Shown: positions 14,085 through 25,997, numbered from the stretch's first letter. The stretch is DNA of 64,000 bases from Chara braunii (GCA_003427395.1 BFEA01000020.1:3735681-3799680), one strand, 5' to 3'. Notes: a model not told the origin generated them from the sequence alone. Numbers and translations are program-made.

Positions 14085-14464
14085 TATGTGACGCCCAGGG
14101 GGTTCCAATCTTGAGCAAGCGGGACACACATTTCATACGTCGATCGACGAGGAGCTCGCACGTGCTACGTACCGTAAGATCTGAGTGTGGAAGTCATCCG
14201 ACGTGGCATACATGGGCTCAATCCAAAATGTTGCTAGGGAAAGGCAATCTAATTACGGGTGGGGGAGGTGGTGGATAGACTTGGGGGAGAGGAGGCATGA
14301 AGCGGTAAATTTTCTCGTCGCTGGAGGGGAATGGGACGTAATGAATGGAGCGATGGATGTGAGGAAAGCGAGGGTGCCGACGTTGATGCGGGAGGGAGGC
14401 GAGGTAGTCAGGGTAGAGGGTGCAGAGGGTGCAGCGGATGGCAGCGCGAAAGTCATCATATTCT

Positions 14465-15396
14465 CACTCGCTGCTAACGACCACCTGGAATTTCAGAATG
14501 AAAGATTCTGAAGTGGTCTAAGACCGCTGAAATGACCTGAAGACACTTCAGGTCATTTCAGAAGTTTCATGTGGTTTGAAGGACAAGTTTTATGTTTTTT
14601 TTTCTTTTTTTCCTGCCTGTTTTTTCAGCCACTTCAGGTCATTTCATGAATATCAGGTGGGGACCTGAAACCGCTGAAGTGGCTGAAGCTTTTGAATGGG
14701 GTTTTAGCCACTTTAGGTCATTTCAGAAATTTCAGTTGGGGACCTGAAACCGCTGAAATGGTTGAAGCTTCTGAAAGGGGTTTCAGGTAACCCCATCCAA
14801 ATGGTTGGATGGGGGTACTTGAAACCCCTTTCAGAAGCTTCAACCACTTCAAGTCATTTCAGGAATTTCAGGTGAGGACGTGAAACCGCTGAAGTGGCTG
14901 AAGCTTCTGAAAGTGGTTTCAGGTACCCCCATCCAAATGGTTGGATGGGGGTACCTGAAACCCCTTTCAGAAGCTTCAGCCACTTCAGGTCATTTCAGGA
15001 ATTTCAGGTNNNNNNNNNNNNNNNNNNNNNNNNNNNNNNNNNNNNNNNNNNNNNNNNNNNNNNNNNNNNNNNNNTTGGATGGGGGTACCTGAAACCCCTT
15101 TCAGAAGCTTCAGCCACTTCAGGTCATTTCAGGAATTTCAGGTGGGGACCTGAAACCGCTGAAGTGGCTTAAGCTTCTGAAAGGGGTTTCAGGTACCCCC
15201 ATCCTACCATTTGCAATAGATTTGTAGGCAATCTGAAAGTGGTGTATCAACCTGAAGTAGTTGAACTGCCTGAAGGCGGTTTCAGACAACCCTATGTATA
15301 GATGCACACACAATCTGAAAGTGGTGCAGTAACCTAAAGTGGTTGAACTGCCTGGAAAGGAGACCTGAAAATATATGCACCCGTTAACCATCTCTC
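14465..15396. mobile_element. Non-autonomous foldback-like DNA transposon nested in Gypsy-1
   Basis: Perfect 8-bp TSD catattct (14457-14464 / 15397-15404). Ends CACTCGCTGCTAAC...GTTAACCATCTCTC. Interior made of ~134-bp palindromic tandem units. Confidence 0.85.
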
Positions 15397-15647
15397 CATA
15401 TTCTTCGTACGTGGGGATCGTGCCTACGACGACACAGTAGATTTCTATATTATTATTCTCCCGCCAATCGATGCTAAAGAGAAAGACGTGGAAGGGGAAG
15501 GAAGTAACGAGTGAGTGTGTAATAGCATGCGGGAAGAAGGTAACCAAAAGACCGGTGGCGTAGCGGTGATAGAAGAGGGAGAGGGGAAATGGCTGCCATG
15601 TACCAGGGAACGGGGACCGGCCTAGGAGCTACTGGACGGTGAGGAAG

Positions 15648-16844
15648 TCACGGGGGGATAACGACCAGGGACGAAGCCCGAGCGCCCGCATCTCGACGTA
15701 AACGAAGGGCTGCGGGTCGAACTGGGGAGGATTGGGAGGGCGATTGACTCCTACGGCGACGCTGGCTTCTTGATCCCTCCGTGGTGGCGCTCCCATCTCG
15801 TTCGTCTTCCTCCCGCGGCGGTTCTGGATTGCGCGCCGGATCGTCCTGCAGCAGTTGCAGTGGCCCTCTTGATTCTTCGATCGGCCGCTTTTCTTCCGCA
15901 GCTGCTTGTCTCCTCTGCACCACAGCCTCTCTTTCTTCCCGACTCAGCTCGTCGGAGCCGCGCGACTCCCCCACTCCACCTTCTTGTTCCTTTGATTCCG
16001 CTCGCCCTGAACTGGCCTTTTCCGACTCGGCGTCCTCCGATCCTTGGTAATCGGTATCGGATTCCCGATTTTTTTCCTCTGCCGATGCTTTTTCTTCGTC
16101 GTCCTCCTCCTCTTTTTCACTCGTCTCTCCTGCAGGAGCGCGCTGGATGAGCGGGTCCCATGTGGAAAGATCAGTGGCGTCGACGTGTAGATACGCACCC
16201 GCCGAGGGTACGTAATAACTTCCCTCCTCCAGTTCCGTACAGGTGGACCAAAGAAGATGCAGCTCCAGGGTACGAGTGAGCGTGGTTGTCCCTGGTCTCT
16301 CGTCACAGTGCAAAAGGATCTCCAACGGCAGGTCGTCGAGTACTTGGGTTAGAAGCACCAACAACTCGTCCGTAATGGAACTCAGATGGTCGTTGCGCAC
16401 TTCTCCAAACACGATCCCCAAAAAATCTCCTTCCGTGTCTGTTCTCCACCCTTGGACGAGTAACAATTCCACCTCTTTGTCCGGGATCTCCTCCTCTATA
16501 CTCCTGTCCGCGGGTTCCGCCCAATGGAAGGTGAACCCGAGGAGGCAGAAACTGAGCGCCACGTAGGTTTGGCACCAGTGCGTCCACTTGATCGCGTTTA
16601 GAATCGGCACATCCAATGGCTTGATCATGAAGGAGAGGGACGCTTCCGCGACATATTGCCAAAATGTGGGGACGTCAGAGGGGAGACTGGAGGTAGAGAG
16701 GCGATGGCGGTTCATTGAGGCTGAGCGAAGGGACGAAGCACAGGAAGGGTGACCTCTGGCGCGGTGGAGGAGACCCGAAGCTGAAGATCGATATCGTTCG
16801 TGGTTACGACACGATCGTGCTGTTGGGCCAATAGTCGCACCCAC
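15648..16844 (-). CDS. Extra ORF of Gypsy-1 downstream of integrase (unknown function; probably frameshifted, N-terminal part to about 17150)
   Basis: 398-aa open frame on the element sense strand between integrase and the 3' LTR, with a globular middle and an acidic/Arg-Ser-rich tail. Confidence 0.55.
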   Translation of the reverse strand: MGATIGPTARSCRNHERYRSSASGLLHRARGHPSCASSLRSASMNRHRLSTSSLPSDVPTFWQYVAEASLSFMIKPLDVPILNAIKWTHWCQTYVALSFCLLGFTFHWAEPADRSIEEEIPDKEVELLLVQGWRTDTEGDFLGIVFGEVRNDHLSSITDELLVLLTQVLDDLPLEILLHCDERPGTTTLTRTLELHLLWSTCTELEEGSYYVPSAGAYLHVDATDLSTWDPLIQRAPAGETSEKEEEDDEEKASAEEKNRESDTDYQGSEDAESEKASSGRAESKEQEGGVGESRGSDELSREEREAVVQRRQAAAEEKRPIEESRGPLQLLQDDPARNPEPPREEDERDGSATTEGSRSQRRRRSQSPSQSSPVRPAALRLRRDAGARASSLVVIPP

Positions 16845-17186
16845 TCAGTCGTGATGCGTGCTGCCCAGTCCCACAACTGTCGGAGGACGATGGTGTGTCG
16901 TGATGGGTGCAGTGTTGTGATGTCGCATGTGAAGACGACAATGACCGACACGTGGCTCTCGCCGGGTGGGGACAAGCACAAGAAGGCTGACACCTCGGCT
17001 ACCACTCGTACCACCCCAGACTGGCCGAACTGGAAATCTGCCGCCGCGTGGATGGTCGCCGTACTTAAGAAGGCCGCGAATCGAGAAGATCTGGACTCAA
17101 CCGAGGATGCCGTACTTGGTGGATCGCTGAGAAGGCTCCCCTAGGTACCATTAGTCATTCGCTGATCACCTGCTTCGTTGAAAAGC

Positions 17187-20100
17187 TCATGGCGATGGAG
17201 GCGGGGTCGAAGACGATGGTTGAGAGAGAAAGGAGGATTCTAGAGAGTCGTCGTCCTCGTCTTGACCGAGGGACGATGCAAACGATGGAGGAGAAAGGGA
17301 AGAGGGAAGAGGATGGAGGTAGGACACGTGTTGAATGATCGGACGAGCCGATCGACTTCCCGACACCTCCGGCGCAAGCTGCACCGTGTTCACCCCAAGC
17401 TCAACCACGTGAAATCGCCCGAAGAATGGTGGCGCTAACTTGCCTTGGCGAGCACATTTCCTCACCTGCACGATGTCCCCTAATTTATATTGGGGTCGAG
17501 GCCCAACATTCCCATTTCGGGCCTCGTAGCTCCGGACCTGTCTACCGTGGGTCATTTCCGTCATACACTATCTTTTTCGGGCTAGTCGGTGGAGGGGTTT
17601 TTCCATCAGCTCTAGGTGACGTTGGGCCTTATCCTTAACCGTCGCTCTGGTATTTCGTCGCGGAAGGGCCGTCTCATCATTTAGGCTTGGTAGGGCTATA
17701 CGGGGCAGGCTATTAGTCCGTAGTTGGAAGGGGGTCAAACCTGTGGACTCGTGGGGTGTCCCCCGGTGGATACCGAGGATATGGTCCACGATATCAAGCC
17801 AAAGCAACGTATCATTCGCCACGATATTGCGTCGCAAAGCGGTCTTAATTACTCAATTGACGTTCTCCACCAGTCCGTTGGATTGCGACATGTGGGGAGC
17901 AGTGTTGCGGCTGGAGACGCCATGCAGGACTAGGATCCTCAAAACTTCCCCTCTAAATTCTGCCCCGTTATCCGTCAGGATCTCCTCGGTTTCCTGGTGC
18001 ATCGCGAGAAAACGGTTGACGTATCGCGCGATTTCGGCTGCCTATCGCGTCTTACACGGATAGGCCTCGATCCATTTCGATAAATGGTCTACAAAAACCA
18101 GTAGAATGGAATACTCGCAACTATTAGGTCCAGGGGGAACGACAATATCTGTGGTGTCCATACTAACCCTTTGGAATGGCCGTTCAACTATGGTAGGCAC
18201 TATCGACCTAGGCGGCTGAATCGGCGCCTTGTCAGCGGCGCAGACCTGACAATTTCGGACGATGAACTTGACGTCGTCGTGAATGTTGGACCAATACCAT
18301 TCATTTTTATCAATCGCTGCCTCTGTGATTCCGACAGCGAAGTGAGCCGCAGTTTCCTCGTGGGATGTCTTAACCCAGTCGTACCTCACGAACGGATGCG
18401 GGACAGACATCCAAATCCCGCTTCCGCCCGTTTTTCATTTTTCTAACCGTCCAACCACCGTACCTATCAGGACGACATTTGTCCATACTTCGGCCCTTCT
18501 AAACCGTCGGGTCTTTTGTAGTCTTTCCAACGTGGCTTCGAGAAATCGAGCCTCCGTCGGGATTTTGTCGATGCGACACAGAGGACACAATCAGGGTTTG
18601 TCTGCATTCCGATACTGGATGCAGGAGTCATGGGCTTGTGAAACACATCGCTGACAGTCTACCCATTCGACATATACTTCCCCGCTTGGTCGCATAGGGA
18701 CCGAATAGACTCTCGAAATGGTCTCGCAAAAATAACAAAACTTGTCAGGGAGGGAGGAGAAAGAGGAGGACGAGAGAGGAGAAAGGGGACCTTCGGGATT
18801 ACCTCCGCGCCCCATTGCCATCATGTCGATCACCCCTTAGGAGCTTGAGGAATGATGACCACCTGTCTGTATGATCGCTCGTTGGTCGGTTCCGGTTCCT
18901 TCCACGGGGTAGTCTCCTCCCCTTTAGTCAGCTTGTCGGGTCGATGCAGACGTGTCAAGCCATCAGCGTTCCCGTGCTTCTCCGTCTTCCGGTGGACAAT
19001 ATCGAAGTCGTACTCTTGCAGCCGTACGGCCCAACGTCCAATCATGCCCGTGTAATTGGTGAGCCTCTTGAGGGCCAGCAAGGGCTCATGATCCGTGACG
19101 AGGAGGAGCTTTTGCCCGTAGAGATACGGATGAAAATGCGGAATTCCCCAAACCACTGCGTAACACTCTCCTTGAGGGGCTGAATCGTTTCTCCGTTCGT
19201 TAGGCACTGTCCACGAAGCGTATTCAATGACGTGTTCACAAACGTCTTTCCCCTTTTGGGCTAGAATTGCGGAGATCGCTTCAGGTTGCCAATCCGTAAT
19301 GAGTATGTACTACTTTTGCGGGTCCGGGCGAATCAAAATAGGCGCAGTCACCAGGGCTTTCTTCAGAGTGACAAAGGCCCGCTCGCACTCAACATCGCAC
19401 CGTAGGGGCTGGTCCTTACGCAGAAGGTTCGTGAGAGGTCGCGCGATCGCCGCAAAACTGTTGATAAATCTTCGGTAGTACGATGCCAGTACCAAAAAGG
19501 CATGAACCTGCGTTAGTGACGTAGGCGTGGGAGCCTCTCGGACCGCCGCGACCTTTCTCGAATCTGGCCTCAATTCGCCTCGCGTCACTACGTAGCCCAA
19601 AAACGAGATTTCCGAGAGGAAGAACTCGCTCTTTTCCAGTGCAATTTTGAACCCAGTGTCCCGCAACGCTCCTAGCGTCCATTCAACATGTTGCGCATGC
19701 TCGTGAAAAGAATTCGAGTAGACCAGAATATCATCCATGTACACGATAACACAAAAATTGATCATACCCTGTGTCAGTCGAGTCTTGTTAACGAAATTAT
19801 GAAAAGTCACGTTCATCGCCCTTTGGAATGTGGCTGGTGCATTGCAGATTCCCATCGGACAACGAATTCACTGCCACGTGCCCTCGAATAATACGAAGGC
19901 CGGTTTTGGTCGATCCTCCTCTCTAACCAAGATGTGATGAAATCTGTGGCGGATATCAAACTTACTAAAATAATTCGCACACCCAATCGCATCCAACAAA
20001 TCATCAATCTGGGGAAGGGGATACACATCCTTTATTGTGATATCGTTCAATTTCTGGTAATCAATGCAAATACGAATCGACCCGCTCTTCTTCAGAACTA

Positions 20101-23100
20101 AGACCACGGGATATGACAAAGGTCCAGTTGCTGGTTCGATCAGTTGTTGGTTCGATGAATCCGTTAACCTCGAACTCCCGGATCCTTTGTAGCGCAGTTT
20201 TTCTTTCTCTGAGAGAATATTGATATGGCTTATAGTGGATCGGGGGATGTGTTCTGGTCTGAATCTCGTGTTGAATGACTAAAGATAATCCAATATCAGT
20301 ATCCGTTACGCTAATTGCCTCTTGATATTCAGTCAGAATATCTGCAATCAGTCGATGGGTTTCGTTAAGTACATACAGAGACACATGCAGTTCGTATGGT
20401 TTTCCGTGTATGGTAACCGCCACGTGTTTTGTGTTCACTCTGTGGTCATTCTCAGTAGGGTGAGCAGAAATGAAGGAGTTATCTGACCGCCAGGAGAACA
20501 CGGTGGCGACCATCTGAGCGTCTTCTTCACGGATAGCCAGGTGTTCTTCCGGGGTCACACCGTTGCTAATGTCTTGCCAGGAAACCGACTTTTTGACGAT
20601 TTTGACCCCAAGCTCGTAAAGCGTAGAGTCGTCACGCCCAGGGGGTTCCAAAGTTTCGCTTTCGGCCCCTAAGCATAATAATTGCACCTCCTTATCGGGT
20701 GACAGTAAGGAACGAGGCAACCCTGAGATGTCGCAAAACGCCTTCTTCTCTCGGTATCTCGAGAGAAGCGGGGTCGTGGCTTCGTACATGGTTCGAGGGG
20801 GTTCCAAAGAGTCAATCATCCGGGACACTTGTACAAGGGGTTCTCCAAAAATTAAAGTTCGGGTCCTTTGCAAGTTTCTTTCCGCAAGGACGAACGGTTT
20901 ATAAGTCTTCTGTTGGATTGGATAGCGAATCAGCTGTCGGATTGTATCGGGATCGACTTCATTTTCGCTATCGGACTCGCTAGGGGACCTACGTTCCTCA
21001 TCCTCATACTCAAATTTCCGAGTTGGTTGCCCCCATGTGATTACTCGGAGAGCGACTCCGGGAGTCGGAGGAATTTTCTGAGTCGGAGGCATCATGGTCC
21101 GCAGAGTTAGGCGCATTAGAATAACATATGGTTTCGGGCCTGTATTTCGCAGGATTACCGATCGTCGTTCGAAGTCCAGATTGACCCGCAGTGCGGCGAG
21201 CGTCGGTAATCCCAGAAGTACATCTTAGGTATTAACATCCAATACTACCACATCCCCTAAAGCATGAATCTTTCCCAACCAAAAAGCGACATTCGTCATT
21301 CTTCCCACTGATTTTATCTTCTCTTCATCCGCCGAGACTAGATGGTCTTTCTCGGTTAACGTGATCAGATCTTTCCGTCGCCCTGCCTTTTCCACAACCC
21401 TCAGTGATATGGCCAAACCAGCTGCTCCTGAATCGATGACAACATTGTACGGGGCTCCCCATACTTCGATGTCACATTCCGCGGATTTCCACGGAATGGC
21501 TTTAATGCGTAAGAAACCCAACTGTATTGGGTCTGATGTGCTGGGCTTTTCGAGCTTGTTATCGGGAGTTGGGGTCTTCCCTTTCGTCATTGTCAGTTTG
21601 CTAAGAGCGAACCGTTTTCTGTTTGCCTTGCAATGCTGCAGCATGCGTTCATTAGCATGTTTGGATATAGACAGCAAATGGCCAATTTGTAATGGAATCC
21701 GGTGGTTCAAGGCTCGAACAATGTTCAAAACGTCGATTTCCGCTGTTACGAAGGAAAGACCGCCCGACTCCATTTCGTTTGGGGAAGGTCTCCATTTGGC
21801 CACTTCTTCTGCTCATCCGCCGATTGGATGGTTCCGATCATCCCTAACCCTAAATATCCTAAGGCGATATATTGATCGAGCAGGATAAGTTTCATTGCTT
21901 CCTTGGTAGTAGCTATCGTGCTTCCCCTGCCTTCTATTTCTTCGAGAATTGTTCCTACCCTTCCTGGACCATTGGTTACTGGCGCAGCGGCCACAGGAGC
22001 AACCCCAACTCGAGCTTGCGCAGGCTGATGTGGCCAGTCCCGGGCGATATGGCCCAAAAGATGACACGTGTAGCAGACACTCAGATTGGTTGCCATCCCT
22101 CTCACTGGTGGAGCGGGGGCAGTACCTTGTGCCACAGGGGCAGCTCTAACAACAATGGGGCGCATCGATCGCATCAAGGATTCCATCCGAGCGTTAAACT
22201 CCAGTTGTTCCTTCTTTCCTTCTTGTATTACACTGATCAAAGTCCGGGTTAATTCTAGCATTGTGTTTAGCTCAGCGCCCCTGCTCGTTGTATCGGGAGG
22301 GGGTGCAAGAACGGGTACGACAGGTATAGGAGCGGCCATCGCTGGCATTGGCAAGCCCATGGTTGCATCTGCCCTGGACTTCTTGGTTATGATATGCTCC
22401 AAATAGGTAACGGGACCAGAGACAAAACCCATGTTTTCAAATTTATTTTGAAGCGCGACCAACTCGGCCCTTGCTCTAGCTAGCTCTTAGGAGTCTTCCT
22501 CTCTAGGATAATATTCCCCCTCTAGGAAGCTGGCAACGAATTTCCGCTCCATTTCTTCTGTCGCAAACATAATCTGCTGCAAAGTATGGTCGATCGGGGA
22601 GAACTGTTTTCACAATTTCGCCCTCATGGTCCTGCTACGAAGCCCATTGATGAATAGATCCCTCCCGACTTGTTCCCCTCGCTCAGTTTTGACAAACATC
22701 CTATAAAATTGGTTTTGGTATTCTGTGACAGACTCGAGTGGCTTTTGTATTCGATCTTTAATCATAAACAAAGCTTGCTCCGGATGAATGTAATCAAATC
22801 GGTTAAGGAAATCTCGTTCAAAAGTTGGGAGGTCTACCCAAACGTAAGTGCTAAACCAATGATGCGCGTCCCCTCCTAATCTGGCGGGGATGTTGATTCG
22901 AGCTTCGTCGTTGTCATACTGCTGTACACGTAAGGTAGCTAACCACACTCCGGCTAAGTGATGTGCAGGATAAAAAAGATACAAATCCAGTGGAGCCATG
23001 GGTGCTCGAGGCCGCGGAGCCGGGTTGGGCGCCGAATTCTGATTTTGGGCTTGGTTCACAGCCGGATGAGCATTCATAGGGGCTGCTCGCCGTCCGACCG

Positions 23101-23119
23101 ATCTACTCCTTGTTACCAC
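17187..23119 (-). pseudogene. Gypsy-1 gag-pol (gag, CCHC, aspartic protease, RT, RNase H, PHD finger, integrase), disrupted
   Basis: gag 22610-23119; CYTCHLLGHIARD; protease VIDSGA (21225-21803); RT RICIDYQKLN and VYMDDILVYS; RNase H ECYAVVWG, VTDH, NADGLTR; integrase HEETAAH...CQVC, RVSMD, VDHLSKWIEAYP, HESTGLTPF. Confidence 0.93.
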
Positions 23120-23222
23120 CGGATCACGTCGCGGCGCGTTCCACTGTCTTGGTCGTCCTCTGTTCGCCAGATCGTTCTGCGTAGGTTACTCTTTGTATTA
23201 ATGCGGAAGGCTGCCACGTGTC

Positions 23223-23235
23223 GGCTACGATACCA
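23223..23235 (-). promoter_or_regulatory. Primer binding site, initiator tRNA-Met-like
   Basis: Minus strand TGGTATCGTAGCC versus the canonical plant iMet PBS TGGTATCAGAGCC (11/13), directly after the 5' LTR and upstream of gag. Confidence 0.8.
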
Positions 23236-24700
23236 ACCTCACGCCCATCGCGACTTCCTGATCAGAGTGGGATGGGGGCCCCGGAATTGCAAAAAGGGGT
23301 GTGCCAAGGATTTTAGGAAAGTGGGGGTGGAGTCCCAGGTCGGAACTGAGATCTCGTGTGGCAAGTTTCGGGGGTATAAGCGCAAAGAGGGTGTGCAGAG
23401 ATCGTATTTGGCGCTTCTAATTTTCGTAAGACGGAGGGTAGACCGCTTCTCGAGACTTGTGCACAAATGGAAAGCTGATGATGTCGTGCAGCATAAGGCA
23501 GATGGCATGCGCAGTGCATCTCAGGCTAAAGATCCTAGGGTACTCTCCCACAATCATAGCACCGACAGATCTAAACACTCGTGCATTCTTGAACAAAATC
23601 CCAACAACATTGCCCCTGCCAACGAACTGAATTTTCAAGCCTAAAAGAAATGGGAATCACCATCTTGTCTGGTTTCTCCTTCGTGGCTGGTCGCGCGGTT
23701 TGACTAGTTGTCGACGCCGCTTGGCCTCGGTTCGGGCTCGCCGAGCGGTTTCCGAGCCTCGGTATGCCTGGTGCCGCCGACACTTTTTGCACGGCATGCG
23801 GGGCCAATAGCAGGCTATGGAATTCCACGGCACCACCGTGAGCTGGTGATACGGAAGGAGGAGGCGAAAGGGGGGGAAACTGGTAGTAATAACGACGAAT
23901 CCGTGGGATATGAAATATTGCGTGTTATAAGTATCCGGGTAGTCAGGGTCCCTAGGATCATTAGTTATGACACAGTGAAAGTCCCTTGTGCACAATCGAT
24001 CGTTTTCTGTCAGACAGGGGAGTTCCAGATTTCTTAAGTTTCCCCACTTTCTCAGTATTCGCGGTACTTTGTATCTCTCAGGTTCTCACGATCGGATGTC
24101 CAAGCAGGAAATTCCGCAGCCATATTCGTTTAGCAAACTCGGTCCCCTGCATCCTTATATGTGGTCCAAGACTGACTCATGCAGACGAGCGTGTACGCGG
24201 CGACCCGGTTTCCTCGAGATCGCGGTTGTACGCGAGCGTGGACGTGAGAAACAACGGATTGGTTCAGCGTGCCGATCGCATTTAACATTCATGCATATAT
24301 CCTATCCCTGTTGTGTCGGGTGAGATCTGATCATTACATATCATACATGTGACAAAAAAAAGAAAGGGGGAAGGAGGGGATAGGAAAATCCACTTCTCAC
24401 GACACTCTTAGTGATCGAAAGTTAACGACTAAACCAAAACATCCATAATCGAGCGTTTTCAATCGCACGTGAACAGTAGACAGAGTCGAAACGAGCATCG
24501 CAAAACAAGATTGAAAATCCAAAAAAATCATTCCATGCATGCATACGAAGTAGAAATGACAAGGAAAATTCGAGACGATTTACAAGAGAAGTCCAAAAAA
24601 AACCGCGATAAAATCGACCATATCCGAATCCAAAATTATACACATGAACAAAGGAAAGAAAGGGACAATGGAAAAAAACTCATCCCACACCCACACAACT

Positions 24701-24777
<77 letters not shown>

Positions 24778-24907
24778 NNNNNNNNNNNNNNNNNNNNNNN
24801 NNNNNNNNNNNNNNNNNNNNNNNNNNNNNNNNNNNNNNNNNNNNNNNNNNNNNNNNNNNNNNNNNNNNNNNNNNNNNNNNNNNNNNNNNNNNNNNNNNNN
24901 NNNNNNN

Positions 24908-24980
<73 letters not shown>

Positions 24981-25997
24981 CTCTCTCTCCCGATGCAGGC
25001 AGTCCGTCGCCTCGCATTAACACAGAGTTGTCACCCCGTTTGGTTCGAGCATGCAAGCCAGGTTCGCCCGTGCGCCACAGTCCGTCGCGGCCCCGCACGT
25101 CAACCCTACATACCCGACACCAGCTTGTCAGATCGCCCAACTCTCGTACTCACTCACCTTCCAAACTTGCTCGTTAGCCGACCATCACTGATCGCACTAA
25201 CCTCAAAATTCTTAGAGAGAAAACTAATTGGGCTTGCAAAATTTATAGCATGCATGCCTGCGTGAAAGGTACAGGATTAAGCGCAGGTGGACAAGAGGAG
25301 AAGAGAGGAAGTGCCTACGTCTCGCATGGCCAAGCCGCGGCGTGGGGGTCGTAGCCACACTCCGCGCATCGATCCGGTCATGCAGGCGTTCCGGCCAATT
25401 AGAACAGAGTATGCGTGGCGAGGAAGAAAGGTGAAGACGGGTAAACATGAGGAAACCAAGAAAGAAGAAAGATACAGTTACAATCGCGCCCGCCAAAAAC
25501 GACAGCTACACAGGATTAAGGGCGCGATCCAGTCAGAGCCCAGTTCCCAGCGGAGCAAGATGCTCGCAAGCGCGGCGCACCAAAATTCAGAGTGCCTAAA
25601 TTCCTAGCCTAAGTCCTGATTGCAAAAAGAAATTCTGAGAAAAGTAGAAAAGAAAAACAATTCTGCGAGCCCGTGGGGGCTCGACATCAGTTGAAAATTC
25701 AAAAACGATATTCCCGCGCGATGATCGCACCAAAATTCTCAGCGCTCACAGCAGAACAAGAAAGAAGCTACGATACTGTTATTTCTCGTGCTCGCCAAGG
25801 CGCAACTACTCAACCGTTGGCACGGGATTTTCCCGACATAGACCTGACAACTTTCAGCAGAAAACGAAAAGAAACGAGGACGTCCATGCAATTTGCCGCC
25901 CGACCCATCTTCCCGCAACTCACCCATCCAACCCGTCTCATTTCCCTAGGCAGCCTTGCGCAGAAAGTCGCGCGATTACAGAAAATGGTTCGTCACA
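23236..25997 (-). repeat. Gypsy-1 5' LTR (contains an expanded (CT)n tract and an N-gap)
   Basis: Homologous to 11517-14084; ends cgtcaca at 25997. Confidence 0.92.

Larger units (their letters stand above)
11506..25997 (-). mobile_element. Gypsy-1: complete but decayed Ty3/gypsy LTR retrotransposon with atypical termini
   Basis: Two ~2.6-2.8 kb direct repeats and TGTGACG...CGTCACA ends. Probable 4-bp TSD atgt (11502-11505) / atgc (25998-26001). Domain order gag-PR-RT-RNH-INT on the minus strand. Confidence 0.93.

Noticed and set aside
14640-15210. CRISPR-like array of palindromic repeats
   Set aside because: No unique spacers, no cas genes, eukaryotic context, and bounded by a TSD.
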